64,000 nucleotides of DNA from Octopus bimaculoides (lineage: Eukaryota), in assembly GCF_001194135.2 (NCBI RefSeq), contig NC_068994.1, positions 16,721,551 through 16,785,550 of the forward strand, read 5' to 3'. Positions 26,182 through 39,268 of this stretch are shown here, piece by piece. Below the pieces are notes generated by a model, which had not been told where the DNA came from, did not search any database, and saw nothing but the letters and a program-made list of their open reading frames with translations. Position numbers and translations under genes: made by a program. Every line of letters begins with the position of its first letter. Positions within the stretch are counted from its first letter, which is position 1.

Positions 26182-26841
26182 GTGTGTATCTTGTGACTTA
26201 TTTTATAGTATAAAATATTTTCACTCCAACTCTATTCACTTTTCATAAACTAAAATTACCAGTATTAGAATATGCTAGAGATTATTTCAATTTTCAAGTA
26301 CTTGATGGTTGAGAAATATCTATCTCCATCGACAAGATGCCAGTTTGACAAGTTTCTTTTTATTGATAGGAAAATACTGTATGCTAACAAGATTCTTCAG
26401 CTGTCTCTCCTTGCTGTGTCTAAAAAAAGAAATAATGCTTGAATATGAGATATCCTCACTTTTCAATTGAAAAACAAAAATATTTTGGCTTAGCATGAAT
26501 ATATGCAAATATTTATTACATTCCAAAATATAGTTAGGCTGAACTCGTCATAAAGCAGATACCATCATAAATGATAGCTAGACTACAGTGGAGAAGGCAA
26601 GCCACTGGATTTGATTAAAAAGAGATGATGAGCAATGGCTAGAAGAATATTGAGTGAAACCTAGTAACCAATTAATCTGGCAAATGGGGCCTCATCTCAG
26701 TAAATTGGGGTGCACAATAATATAATTGAGAGGAAGGCTCAAAACAGCGTGCATTCTCCTCTCATGACCAACATAAGTTTGTTTGCATCTGGTATGCAGA
26801 GCTTTCAACTGGTAGCACTTGCATCTCCAAGTTGTTTGCAG

Positions 26842-26876
<35 letters not shown>

Positions 26877-26934
26877 CAAATTGAGCTGTACCTTTTAGTA
26901 TTTAATTATCACTTAATATTGTTTTTTTCTGCAG

Positions 26935-27011
26935 GTACTATTTATGAAGGAACGTCAAATATTCAACTGAACACTATAGCCAAATGCCTTGCAACTGAAT
27001 ACCAATCGTAA
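26935..27011 (+). CDS. ACADSB: ACADSB terminal exon 11
   Basis: (G)TIYEGTSNIQLNTIAKCLATEYQS* with TAA at 27009-27011. Keeps the catalytic Glu of the IYEG motif. Confidence 0.97.
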
Positions 27012-27686
27012 GAACCAAGAAACTTTCTTTAGTTCAATCTCACCAAGAAACTGCAGTTTTTGAATCAACTATTTTCTCTCACTTGAGTTACACCACTTGG
27101 TTTTAATTTAGAAACTATATGTCTACAACGATAAAACAGAAATGGGTTGTAACCATTAAAAAAAAACAATCTATTTAAATCTACACATCTCAAAAGAAGT
27201 CTCTTGTGGAAGTGAGAAACAAACCAGTTTGTTAAATTATAAATGAGACTAGTAATGATGTTTCTTCAGTGGTTGCTACTTGTTCACTGTTACATATTGT
27301 AGAGCATTGAACCTCATAGTTTTGTTCCTAGGTGTTCTGAGTTCAAACCTTGCAGCCTTCTGTGTAGCAGTAACATGCCAGATCAAAAATATATAAAAAA
27401 GTATATATCAGATCCCTGTAAAAAAATTCACTTATGTTTAATAATGGTATATTTACAGGTTAGGTGGAAGAAACTGCAAAATGTTAAGACTAAGATATTT
27501 ATTATTTAATGTTTTGAACTCAATTCCAGCTGAAATTAATGTTAACTTTCATCTCTCCTACTCCGAGTCTTTGAAGCAATTTAATAATATGCTGCAGTCA
27601 GTTCCTACTAAAAAACTAGACCTGTGATGAATCAAATTCAATCAATGCAATATAAATTAGAATTTCTTAATTCCAATTGATAGGAA

Positions 27687-27772
27687 AATAAAGTTGTGTA
27701 CGTTTGTTACTCTTGAATATATATATTTTTTGCAATTACCACAAGAATGGTCAGCCTTGTAAAATAAATAAA
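27687..27772 (+). terminator. Candidate ACADSB polyadenylation signals
   Basis: AATAAA at 27687, 27763 and 27767, about 0.7 kb after the stop codon. Usage not verifiable. Confidence 0.45.
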
Positions 27773-28403
27773 ATTTACTCCAACAACATTAGATACTTCT
27801 TGACTCATTTATTGTGCATATGTGTGTAGTTATATGATGAACTTTATCATTATTTTAACACCTACACCTACTTTTCTATGCTTTCATGGGTCAAACAGAA
27901 TTTGTTGAGGCAGATTTTCTACAGCTAGATGCCCATTTGTCAGTTTGGGAACAGCTGCAGTAGCCAGAATGAGAAACTGTCCAATAGAGCAAGAGACTTC
28001 ACTGAATGCCTTAGCACTACAAAAACAAAGATTGAGACTTGGTTGAAATGTTCCATTATTCTTCAAAGACTTGTGACAGATTCAAAACCGAACTGACAAA
28101 TTGCCAAGTAAAAGCCACAGCTTTTCATGTGATTAGCCAATTAACTGACCAATCAACATCGAGCCATCACATGATGTATCCTTCAAGAACCTTCTACAAT
28201 GTCTCCTAATGAGGCTTATAAGTAGGTATGCTTTGGGAATCATATTTCAGTTTGCAGACAATCACCACCATGCAAGCAACATCCTCACTTTGCTACATTT
28301 AACAGTTGCTCTAACGATTCCTTACTCAACTAAGTAGACAGCAGTTACAATTTTGCAGTCACGAACCTAGCATGGTATTTTCTCTTGTTGTGACAGTATA
28401 TTC

Positions 28404-28777
28404 GTGGAGGCGCAATGGCCCAGTGGTTAGGGCAGCGAACTCGCGGTCATAGGATCGCGGTTTCGATTCCCAGACCGGGCGTTGTGAGTGTTTATTGAGC
28501 GAAAAACAACTAAAGCTCCACGAGGCTCCAGCAGGGGATGGTGGCGAACCCTGCTGTACTCTTTCACCACAACTTTCTCTTTCTTCCTGTTTCTGTTGTG
28601 CCTGTAATTCAAAGGGTCAGCCTTGTCACACTGTGTCACGCTGAATATCCCAGAGAACTACGTTGTGGAGTGCTCAGCCATTTGCACGTTAATTTCAGAA
28701 GCAGGCTGTTCCGTTGATCGGATCAACTGGAAGCCTCGACATCGTAAGCGACGGCGTGCCAACAAAAAAGAAAAAAA
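28404..28777 (+). mobile_element. SINE family A copy with a 12-bp TSD, between the convergent ACADSB and HINT1 3' ends
   Basis: TSD gacagtatattc at 28392-28403 and 28778-28789; two short internal deletions relative to the other copies. Confidence 0.92.
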
Positions 28778-29406
28778 GACAGTATATTCACAAAGCCTAC
28801 TTAACCAACTATTTTGTAATGGCTACAGAATTGTCCTTCAAACTTTGTTGTATTTTTAATTCAAGGCCAATGGGGAAACTACTTTGTGTGGTGAATAAAG
28901 TTCTGTTAATTGTTCACGAGTGTTGTACATCATTATTTGCAACCAAAACCCAACTCCACCACCAGTATCTCACATCTTTCATTAATGCCATACCCTTGTG
29001 ATAATTGCTGACAAAGCCAACAAACAGCTATTGTGACAGGCTTAATTATAGAATTCTCAGAATGGTAGTTGCAATATTTTATCGTTACATCACAAGTATG
29101 AAATATATCCATATTCGCTTCACATTCTTCCCTCTGTTCTCAGATAGGGAGTTGAATAATACAAATACAGACATTTGTATCAATCGTTATATAACTAGCA
29201 ATTTTATTCTAGAAAGAGAGGCTGATCTATTTAAAAAAAGGGGTTTAAGTTAGATGCTTGGAACAGAAGTATGAAATTAAAAGGAGTGGTGACTTATGTC
29301 ATCTGATAATTAGACTGAAATAGAATAATGTGCTTGTCTTCTACTCTAGCCCTAGGTTGACTAGAGCCCTGTAAGTGGACATGGTAGACAGAAAAAAAAA
29401 AAAAGA

Positions 29407-29641
29407 AAGGCGGTGAGCTGGCAGAGCCGTTAGCACGCCGGGTGAAATGCTTAGCGGCATTTCGTCTGCCGTTATGTTCTGAGTTCAAATACCACTGAGG
29501 TCGACTTTGCCTTTCATCCTTTCGGGGTCAATAAATTAAGTACCAGTTATGCACTGGGGTCGATGTAATTGACTTAATCCCTTTGTCTGTCCTGGTTTGT
29601 CCCTTCTATGTTTAGCCCCTTGTGGGCAATAAAGAAATAAG
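29407..29641 (+). mobile_element. SINE family B copy nested in a family C SINE
   Basis: Near-identical to the reverse complement of 11211-11443; splits the host motif ggtagacagaaa|gaaactgaaagaag. Confidence 0.88.
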
Positions 29642-30443
29642 AAACTGAAAGAAGACCATCGTGTGTGTGTGTGTGTGTATTGTCCTGTTTTGATATCACA
29701 TGACAGTTATAAATGACTAATTCATTTCCAATATTTCAAGAGAACATGTCTGGCTATGGGAAAATATTACTTTGCTTGGAAACAAGTAATAGTTACTTAC
29801 AGGAAAGACACCTGGTTGTAGAAAATCTGACTAATTAAACTCCATCTGAACCATGAAAGCATAGAAAAGTGAACATTAAAACAATGATGATTTCTTTTAG
29901 TGAAGTCTCTTGGTTGGGTGTTCTCCATTTGGAATTAAGCTTGTGCCACAAATTGATGTTCCTACATATTTTCAAATGCAGAACACTGTCAAAGGACTTT
30001 TACTGAGTGAAATTCTTTTGAAGAAAGTACCAGAATGAAAGTACTGTACACACAAGAATAAGACATCCAATGACAATCAGAGGAGAAACTGATCAATCCA
30101 ATGTAAATCTAAGTATTGTAATTTTTTTTTTTTTTCCATTTCTCAGAGAAATTAACTGTACTGTACAAGAGAAAACTTAGTTGTAAATGAGTGTCACTGT
30201 CACACAAGCAGTGTTATTTATTTCCAATGACAACCAGCTGTAGAAAACCTGCCTCAAACTCAATTTAACCCATGGCTGTTAAAATGATGATGATGATGAT
30301 AACCCATTTTATATATTTAATTCTGATCTCCAATTCAACAAATTACTGGCATTACATGTATTTCCTCTCATAAAATTAGATAAAAACAGAAGACAGAACA
30401 TATGGAAATGAAATAAATTGAATTATTTCATGCACCAAGATGA

Positions 30444-30449
30444 TTTATT
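30444..30449 (-). terminator. Candidate HINT1 polyadenylation signal
   Basis: AATAAA on the minus strand about 135 nt past the stop codon. Confidence 0.5.
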
Positions 30450-30584
30450 TTCTTTATAGATTACAGCAAAACTTTAAATGAGACACTGTCTTAAGAGACA
30501 TTTACAACATTATTATTATTATTATTATTATGCACCTTGAAATCCTGCAGGAGTTTACATCCTAGAATGAAGTTGGAAAGTTAG

Positions 30585-30902
<318 letters not shown>

Positions 30903-31052
30903 TCAGTTGAACAAATTGACCTCAGAACTTATTCTTTGTAAGCCCAGAACTATCAGTCCCTTTTGCCAAACTGCTAAATCGCAGGGATGTAAACACATGA
31001 ACATCAATTGTCAAGCTATGGTGGGGGGACAAAGACACACACACACACAGAT

Positions 31053-32500
31053 ATCATCATCATCGTTTAACGTCCGCTTTCCATGCTAGCATGGGTTGGA
31101 CGATTTGACTGAGGACTGGTGAAACCGGATGGCAACACCAGGCTCCAATCTAATTTGGCAGAGTTTCTACAGCTGGATGCCCTTCCTAACGCCAACCACT
31201 CAGAGAGTGTAGTGGGTGCTTTTACATGTCACCCGCACGAAAACGGCCACGCTCGAAATGGTATCTTTTATGTGCCACCCGCACAAGCCAGTCCAGGGGC
31301 ACTGGCAACGATCTTACTTGGCTTGCCGGGTCTTCTNNNNNNNNNNNNNNNNNNNNNNNNNNNNNNNNNNNNNNNNNNNNNNNNNNNNNNNNNNNNNNNN
31401 NNNNNNNNNNNNNNNNNNNNNNNNNNNNNNNNNNNNNNNNNNNNNNNNNNNNNNNNNNNNNNNNNNNNNNNNNNNNNNNNNNNNNNNNNNNNNNNNNNNN
31501 NNNNNNNNNNNNNNNNNNNNNNNNNNNNNNNNNNNNNNNNNNNNNNNNNNNNNNNNNNNNNNNNNNNNNNNNNNNNNNNNNNNNNNNNNNNNNNNNNNNN
31601 NNNNNNNNNNNNNNNNNNNNNNNNNNNNNNNNNNNNNNNNNNNNNNNNNNNNNNNNNNNNNNNNNNNNNNNNNNNNNNNNNNNNNNNNNNNNNNNNNNNN
31701 NNNNNNNNNNNNNNNNNNNNNNNNNNNNNNNNNNNNNNNNNNNNNNNNNNNNNNNNNNNNNNNNNNNNNNNNNNNNNNNNNNNNNNNNNNNNNNNNNNNN
31801 NNNNNNNNNNNNNNNNNNNNNNNNNNNNNNNNNNNNNNNNNNNNNNNNNNNNNNNNNNNNNNNNNNNNNNNNNNNNNNNNNNNNNNNNNNNNNNNNNNNN
31901 NNNNNNNNNNNNNNNNNNNNNNNNNNNNNNNNNNNNNNNNNNNNNNNNNNNNNNNNNNNNNNNNNNNNNNNNNNNNNNNNNNNNNNNNNNNNNNNNNNNN
32001 NNNNNNNNNNNNNNNNNNNNNNNNNNNNNNNNNNNNNNNNNNNNNNNNNNNNNNNNNNNNNNNNNNNNNNNNNNNNNNNNNNNNNNNNNNNNNNNNNNNN
32101 NNNNNNNNNNNNNNNNNNNNNNNNNNNNNNNNNNNNACTTTGCCCAGGCTATTCTTATTCTAGCAGCTTCACTTTCAGCGCACCCACCCCCACTACTAAC
32201 TTGGTCGCCCAGATAGCGGAAGCTATCGACTACCTCTAGTTTTTCACCCTGGAATGAGATAGAAGTTGTTTCCTGTTTGTTTACAGTCTTTATTGCACCT
32301 GAACATCTGCCACAAACAAAAACTAACTTGCTAGTTAACCTGCCTTTGATGTTGCTGCACCTCTTATGTGTCCATAGCTTGCACCGGGTACATCTTATAG
32401 AGTTACTACCTACTCCTTTTCTACATACTGAGCAGGGCCATCTACCTGAAGGGGTTTGTGTTTTATCTACCTTCCTACTTATTAGGATTTTGGTTTTAGC
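31053..32500 (-). mobile_element. 5'-truncated RTE-type LINE with a PHD-type finger (HINT1 intron 2; middle in N gap)
   Basis: AKTKILIS...WPCSVC...CTRCKLWTHKRC...CGRC...EVVDSFRYLGD...RIRIAWAK, then a 3' UTR and (GAT)n tail shared with other copies in the window. Confidence 0.85.
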
Positions 32501-32502
32501 TG

Positions 32503-32533
<31 letters not shown>

Positions 32534-32850
32534 GCATGCACAACAGGCTTCTTTCAGTTTCTGTTGCTTGCACCAGTGCATCACATGCGGCACCAGCACC
32601 AATGCTTTTTACGTGGCAGCGTGGATAATCTGAATGCTAAAGGGTTCAAACAGAACTTGTGTCATAGAACGAAGGGTGGTTTCAGGTGGGTTGTTATCAA
32701 AAGAGCAATATATTACTGATGATGTGCACTGGCAACGACCTTGCTCAAATGATTTTCTAACGTGCCACCAGCACAGAACATTGGCAAATTTTTCCTTATC
32801 TGCTTCCTCTCTGGCTAAGTAAACATGTCTTCTAGCTTCCTTTCTGGCAG

Positions 32851-32885
<35 letters not shown>

Positions 32886-33125
32886 TATATAGTGTGTGTC
32901 CCTGCTATTACTTGACAATTGATGCTCATGCGTTTATGTTCCCACAACCTAGTGGGTTAGTAAACAAAACTAATAGAATAAGTCTTACAAAGAATAAGTC
33001 CTGGGGTCAATTTCTCTGACTAAAACCCTTTAAGGTAGTGCTCCAGCATGGCTTCAGTCAAATGACTGAAACAAGTAAAAGAAGAAAAGACTATAATTTT
33101 ACTTACAAAAATAAAATTAACTTAC

Positions 33126-33230
33126 TTCTTTATGTTCATCACTTGCTGTTGACATTTGGGAAATGGGCGTCTTGGGTATGATCAAGATATGGACAGGAGC
33201 TTGTTTATTGAGGTCATGAAATGCAACACA
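33126..33230 (-). CDS. HINT1: HINT1-like exon 2
   Basis: Found by manual reverse translation (absent from the ORF track): tgaacag|CVAFHDLNKQAPVHILIIPKTPISQMSTASDEHKE|gtaag, 105 nt, phase 0. Confidence 0.95.
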
Positions 33231-34649
33231 CTGTTCAGAAACAAAAAAAAAAAAAAAAAAAAAAAAAGACATTTTATTCAAATCTAGGCAAAATTCTGGT
33301 TTAACCCTTTAGTATTCAAATTACTCTGGCATATTTAATACTTATTGATTCACGTCAATTTTAAGTAACTATGAATTATCTTGTTTGTTTGAAATTCCAA
33401 AGATGTGATTGCTTATGATTTTAATGACATTGTCAGGAAGAGTGTTTCCATCTTTGAACACATTGTACAAATAATATTTTCCTTTACTACGGCGGCGAAC
33501 TGGTAGAAGCATTAGCATGCCAGGCAAAATGCTTAGCAGTATTTCGTTTGTCTTTATGTTCTGAGTCCAAATTCTGGCAAGGTCGACTTTGCCTTTCGTC
33601 CTTTTGAAGCTGATAAATTAAATACCAATTGCATACTAGTGTCAACCTAATTGACTGACCACCTCCTCCACAAAATTTTCGGGCCTTGTGCCTAGAGTAA
33701 AAGAGAATATTTTCCTTTACTCTATATTCTGTCAGTATCCAGTGGCACACAGACACACAAAGCATTAGCTATGAACACTTGTCAGCATATCTACAAAAGT
33801 GACCCCCTCCTCCACTGACGGTTTTCCTCATAAGTTTTTAAAAAAATAAATTATATATCCAAATGAAATAAGAAACAAATTTTTCAGATGGTGTAGATTA
33901 GATCAGAATTTGGTGTGAAAATGTTTTCTTTTTTTTGGAGAGGTGAAAGGAGTTTTGGATAATTTACATGAGTTGATGACTGTTTTCTCTCATGTTTTGA
34001 TGATAGATTACGATTATGTTGACACACACACACAAAAAAAAAACATTCAAGGACTATTCCACACTTTCACCTTTTAGAATTTGTTAAATGAATATTTTCT
34101 AATAAAATGAAAATTTCCAGGTTTACAGCATAAGAGCTACACCAACAAATTCGCTTCTCATTATGTTTTGTTTTGTCAAATTATCAGTTCTGGAAATTTT
34201 GATTTTATTAAAAATATTCATTTAACAAATTTCAGAAAGGAAAAGTTTGCAACAATCCTCAAAAGTAATTTTTTTTACAACATAATTCTAATGTGCTTTA
34301 TCAAAACATATGAGGAAACAAAACTGAGGTGCATGAAATATCAACCCCCACCCACCTTCTTTTTTTCTTATATTAAATTAAATCTCGGTAAATCTTTATA
34401 TATATTCTTTTTTAAATGGCAATTCTCTCTCTCTCTCACACGCACACACACACACCACAAAATGAAACTTGAAATTAAAAAAAAAATTTTTTTTTTCAAC
34501 TTAGGATGAAAGTAAACAAAGTTTGTTTTTAGAAGCGTTAAGATGTATTGAAAGATACAGAAATAAATTTGTTATTCTCAAACGTGTGATAATGCAAATA
34601 AAATAGCATGAACAGGATAAATTATCCATACATTGCAGAAAAATATGTT

Positions 34650-37600
34650 ACCGGCCAGCCATGAGACTGGTGGATCTGATTTTCAAATTAGTCAAAGTCA
34701 CACACTTGACTTGCCATTATATCACTACTTCTGGATCACCTGTCTTTTCGCGTCCACAGCTGCTCACCTCTGATTGGCTCAAAAAGCTTCATCTGAGTTT
34801 GAGCATATGCTTCAACTTGGCCTTATTTGCACCTCCACCAGCTCTTGGGCATCTCCTCTACATTTAGCACGGAAAGGGGATTCAGACTTTTGCCTGGTGG
34901 CAGATTACAGATGTTTGAATGCGGTCACTGTTCCCGATTGCTATCCTATAAGGAATCTCACAAATTTTCTTCAAACTTGCATGGTTGTGCTATTTTTTTC
35001 AAGGTTGACCTCATCCGAGCTTATCAGCTAATTTCAATGAACCCTGACGACATTCTCAAAACTGCCGTTACCACCCCCTTTGGAAGTTTCGAGTTCCTGT
35101 TTATGAGCTTCAGTTTACGGAATGCAATGAGCACATTCCAAAGCTTTATTGATGAAGTTGTCTGTGGACTTGACTTTGTGTTCACTTACATCGATGATTT
35201 GCTCCTAGCTAGCAACATGCCTGAAAATAACCTCCAACACTTATCTCAACATTTTCAGTGTCTCTGCACCTACAATGTGCAAATCAACCCCGATAAGTGT
35301 GTTTTTGGACAGACCTCTCTGGAATTCCTAGGTCATTATATCAACTCTAATGGTATCCGACCTCTTTCCTCCAAAGTCGATGCAATTCAATGCATCTCAC
35401 CTCCCTCTTCTCAATGCCAACTGCGTCTCTTGGGAACTGTCAACTTTTAGGAGGTTCATACATAAATGTGCAGACAAGTTACTTCCTTCACTCAACTACT
35501 GAAAGCAAATACAAAAAAAAAATTCTCCTGTCACTCGATCTGCTGAGGCATTATCTTCTTTTGAGTCAATCAAGAAGGAAATAGCTTCTGTTCCTTTGCT
35601 TGCATATCCGGTTCCTGATGCTCGTCTCTCTTTAACAGCTGATGCATCGGATTTTGCGGTTGGTGCTGTTTTGCAACATACCGTTGGTAATCAAACTCGA
35701 CCTTTGGCATTTTTTCTCATCAATTAAAACCAGCTGAATGTCATTACAGTACGTTGGATCGTAAACTCTTAGTGATCTACCTGTCGGTTCATTATTTTCA
35801 ACATCAACTTAAGGGCTGGGATTTTGCGATTTATACTGATCACAAGACTCTTACATTTGCTCTGTCATCTAAATTGGACAGACACTTGCCTCATGCTTTT
35901 TCTCACCTGGACTACATTTCCCAGTTCACGAGTGACATTCGGCATATACCTGATGCACGCTCTCATCTCCCTGTGTGTTATCTTTCATCTCGTGCTGCAA
36001 TCGATTTAACTGCCATTGCGCAGAATCAGCCAGCTATGGACACATTGGATCTAACTTCTACCAAGTTGTCCTGTTGCAAGTTTGCCTATCTTCCACTTCC
36101 GTCTGCTGAAGGCACAATCGTTTGTGACACAGCTACTGGTTCTCCCAGACTGTTTGTACCTGCGAACCACCAAAGTTCTGATTTTTGATGCCTTGTATTC
36201 ACTGTTACATCCTGGCATCGCTGCCTTGGTGAAGCTCATTACAGCTCGTTTTTTCTGGCTTAATATGTACTGCACGATCACCGCTTGGGCACACTCTTGT
36301 GTGAAATGCCAGCGTTCTAAAATCCACAGGCACATTCACGCTCCTCTTGGGCAGTTTTCTCTGCTGGAGACTCGCTTTCGCCATATCCACATTGATCTGG
36401 TTAGACCATGGCCTGTCAGTCATGGTTTCTCTTATATATTGACATGCATTGATCGTTTCTCTCGCTGGCCTGAAGACATTTCTGCTGAGTCAGTTGCTTG
36501 AGCTTTCATTTCTAACTGGATTGCTCGCTTTGGTGTCCCAGCTAAAATAACCACTGATTGTGGACGCCAGTTCGAAGCTTCCTTATTTTGTGAATTGTCA
36601 TGAATCCTAAGCATTCATCACATTTGTATGACCAGCTACCAGCCAGCTTCCAACGGGATGGTTGAATGTTTCCACAGGCAACTGAAGGCCACTCTACGCG
36701 CCACTCCTGATCCACAGTCTTGGACAGAATTCCTGCCTATCATTCTTCTTGGTTGTCGCACTGCTGTTAAAAGACTTAGGCTTCTCCTCTGCTGAACTCC
36801 TTTACGGTACCATCCTGGCACTCCCTGGTACAATGTTGGCACCAGACAATTCATCGCGTCCTGATCCAATGTCATATGTCACCAGACTTCGCTTGTATTT
36901 CTCAAGTCTTCCACCCATGCATCCACGTGACCAGTCTATTCCCTCTCACGTTCCACTGGACATTGACAAATGGACTCGTGTTTTTGTTTGGGATAATTCT
37001 GTCAGAGGACCTCTCATTTCTCCTTATAAAGGACCATTTCGTGTGCTATTGCACACACCCAAAACTTTTAGTCTCGACATCAATGGTTGGGCAGAGACTG
37101 TGTCGGTCGACGGCACATTTTGAGGTGTCCACACCCTTTGATGACACCCCAGCCACACCCGCTTTTGATCCTTTACAACCACCTACACATGAACCTTTGA
37201 CCACACCATCACCTACACTTCCACAACCTAACACGAACAAACCCTGTCACCAGGACAGGCTGCATTGTGCATTGGCCTCAAAAAACTCACCAGAACTATT
37301 AGCATTTAACCATTTTTTTTCCTGTGACAGACAATTGTTTTCTCATATGCTGAACAATTCCAATGCTCTGCCATTGAACTTTGTCAAAAATGTTGTGCAT
37401 GCCCCTTTTATATTGCTTGTAATTATTTTTCTCAACTTATCACATTTTGTACCACACCTTGTTGTTTGCAATCGGTGGCCATCTTTGCTTTCTTGTGCCT
37501 GCTCCAGTCATATTAATTTCACACTAGCACTCTCGGGGGGGGNNNNNNNNNNNNNNNNNNNNNNGGGGGGGGGGGGAGTCTCTGTAGTATGGCACAAGAA

Positions 37601-37804
37601 GCCAGTGCCATTTTGTACGAGATCTCGCCAGCAGCCATTAGCATGTCCAAGACAAGAGCAAGATCTCGCCTGCAACCTTTTGCCATGCAAGAGACCACAG
37701 CGGGACTCGTCGGCAATGACTATTTAAGCAGGTGTATTAAGACATTCCGTCTCTTTTCTCCTTCTCGCTTACGCTGAGAAACACTGCGAAGCAGGCAGCT
37801 CACA
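34650..37804 (+). mobile_element. Degenerate Ty3/Gypsy LTR retrotransposon (RT-RNaseH-integrase, PPT, putative 3' LTR) in HINT1 intron 1
   Basis: SSWASPLHL, KVDLIRAYQ, KTAVTTPFG and YIDDLL (RT); DASDFAVGAVLQ (RNase H); HIHIDLV...TCIDRFSRWPE (integrase), in Gypsy order with many stops and frameshifts. Poly-G PPT precedes TG at 37583 and CA at about 37804. No gag or 5' LTR seen. Confidence 0.92.
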
Positions 37805-38041
37805 GTGGACTCTTAACCTCACCTGTTATCTCTGGAGGTAATGAACCACATGCTGCCATGAAGATGGTCACTGAGAACGAGCCACATGAACGAGAACTAA
37901 AATAAACAATTATTGGATTGCATCCACTTGTAAGCTTCTTCTTCGAGTTCCATATCCTTAAGACCACAGAAAATAACTATAATGGGAGGTGATACTCCAC
38001 AGGTATCATGAACCTTCAATTCCAAGTAATCCTTCGTTTTC

Positions 38042-38332
38042 ACTCGACAATTCACTTCGGATATCTTCGTGACAGTTGCTGGAAGGAGAAGAACGATAAT
38101 GGGTTGTGTGTGTGCTTGTTCTTCACTGTGTGTATGTTTGTGAGTGCTTGTTCTTGCCTCTGTGTGTGCGTGCTTGTTCTTGTCTGTGTATGTGCGTCTG
38201 TACACACACACACACAGACAAGAAGAAGCACACACGCACACAGACAGACAGACAAGAACAAGCAAGCACGCACACGGAGGACACAGCAACTGCCAAGGAG
38301 GTATCGAAGATATCCGAAGTGAATTGTCGAGT
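38042..38332. repeat. Fold-back element with perfect 28-bp outer arms
   Basis: actcgacaattcacttcggatatcttcg at 38042-38069 and its reverse complement at 38305-38332; inner gtgcttgttctt/aagaacaagca repeats are also inverted. Confidence 0.85.
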
Positions 38333-38480
38333 TGTCACGGAAACAACTGAGTGTTTGTTTTTGGTTTCGTCGAGTTAAAAGGATGGATTACCCAATTCCT
38401 TTATAGTACATATGACACCGAAGTTTCTAGTTTCATTTCGGTGTCAGTATGCATGTGTCCGAGCCTGCCATTTTTTTTTT

Positions 38481-38608
38481 GGTGGACATTGGAATTAGAC
38501 ACTGAGGGGAAAATGGCTGTAACTTTTTAATTTTTTAATTTTGACGATTAATTAAAAAATTAAAAAGTTACAGCCATTTTCCCTCAGTGTCCAATTCCAA
38601 TGTCCACC
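38481..38608. repeat. 128-bp near-perfect palindrome (60/59-nt arms, 9-nt loop)
   Basis: ggtggacattggaatt...tgtccacc; one mismatch and one indel; flanked by T runs. Confidence 0.92.
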
Positions 38609-39126
38609 TTTTTTTTTTTTTCATGCTAAATTCTGATATAATCGTAATATACACCACGTGAAAGATATTTATAGAAAATTTCAATAAAAAATTTCTATTT
38701 TCGGAAAGTTATGAGGAAACAAACCCAACTCGAGTGAATTTTTCGAAACTCCTCACCCCATTCTCGGAAAAAACTTTTTCACAATAAATTCCGATATAAT
38801 CGGAATTTAAACCATCTGAAGTATAATTGTAGAAAATTTCATTAGAAAAAAATGCGCCAAGCAAGTAGCAAACTATGCAAGATCTTGTAGACTTTGTGTA
38901 CCTTGATAAGTGCATATGCTGCATCTCTCAACAACTGTCTCGTCCTAATTTCGTTCCGTTTTTTGACACGAGTTTATCAATATATATACCTTTAAATAAT
39001 TTTATTGTCTTTAATGCAACAATACTATTTAGTTTTAAGGTCTAAATACCTACCTCAAATCTACTGGACTGAACTCTCGTAACTAATTTTTAAAATCAAT
39101 TATTTTACTTGCACGCTCAACAGTAG

Positions 39127-39268
39127 GGTAAATTTTCAGATTAACACCCATACGATTTTCACTAGGGTGTTACGGTTAGGGAATTCCGTCCCTAACCGTA
39201 ACCCTAACCCTGACCCTAAAACCTTAACCCTAGTGAAAATCGTACGGGTGTTAATCTGAAAATTTACC
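39127..39268. mobile_element. 142-bp Merlin-like MITE with telomere-like interior
   Basis: 41-bp TIRs (40/41 identical) starting GGTAA; perfect 8-bp TSD aacagtag at 39119-39126 and 39269-39276; internal CCCTAA-like units. Confidence 0.85.

Noticed and set aside
28404-28475. tRNA-like sequences with A and B boxes
   Set aside because: These are SINE heads continuing into a shared body with TSDs, not stand-alone tRNA genes.
37801-37860. gtggac after the putative LTR as a primer-binding site of a tandem second Gypsy copy
   Set aside because: No gag-like ORF follows and no tRNA complementarity could be established.
37897-38378. Several 70-130 aa Cys/His/Thr-rich ORFs, and similar YIYI/HTHT/CVCV ORFs elsewhere
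   Set aside because: Translations of microsatellites and minisatellites.
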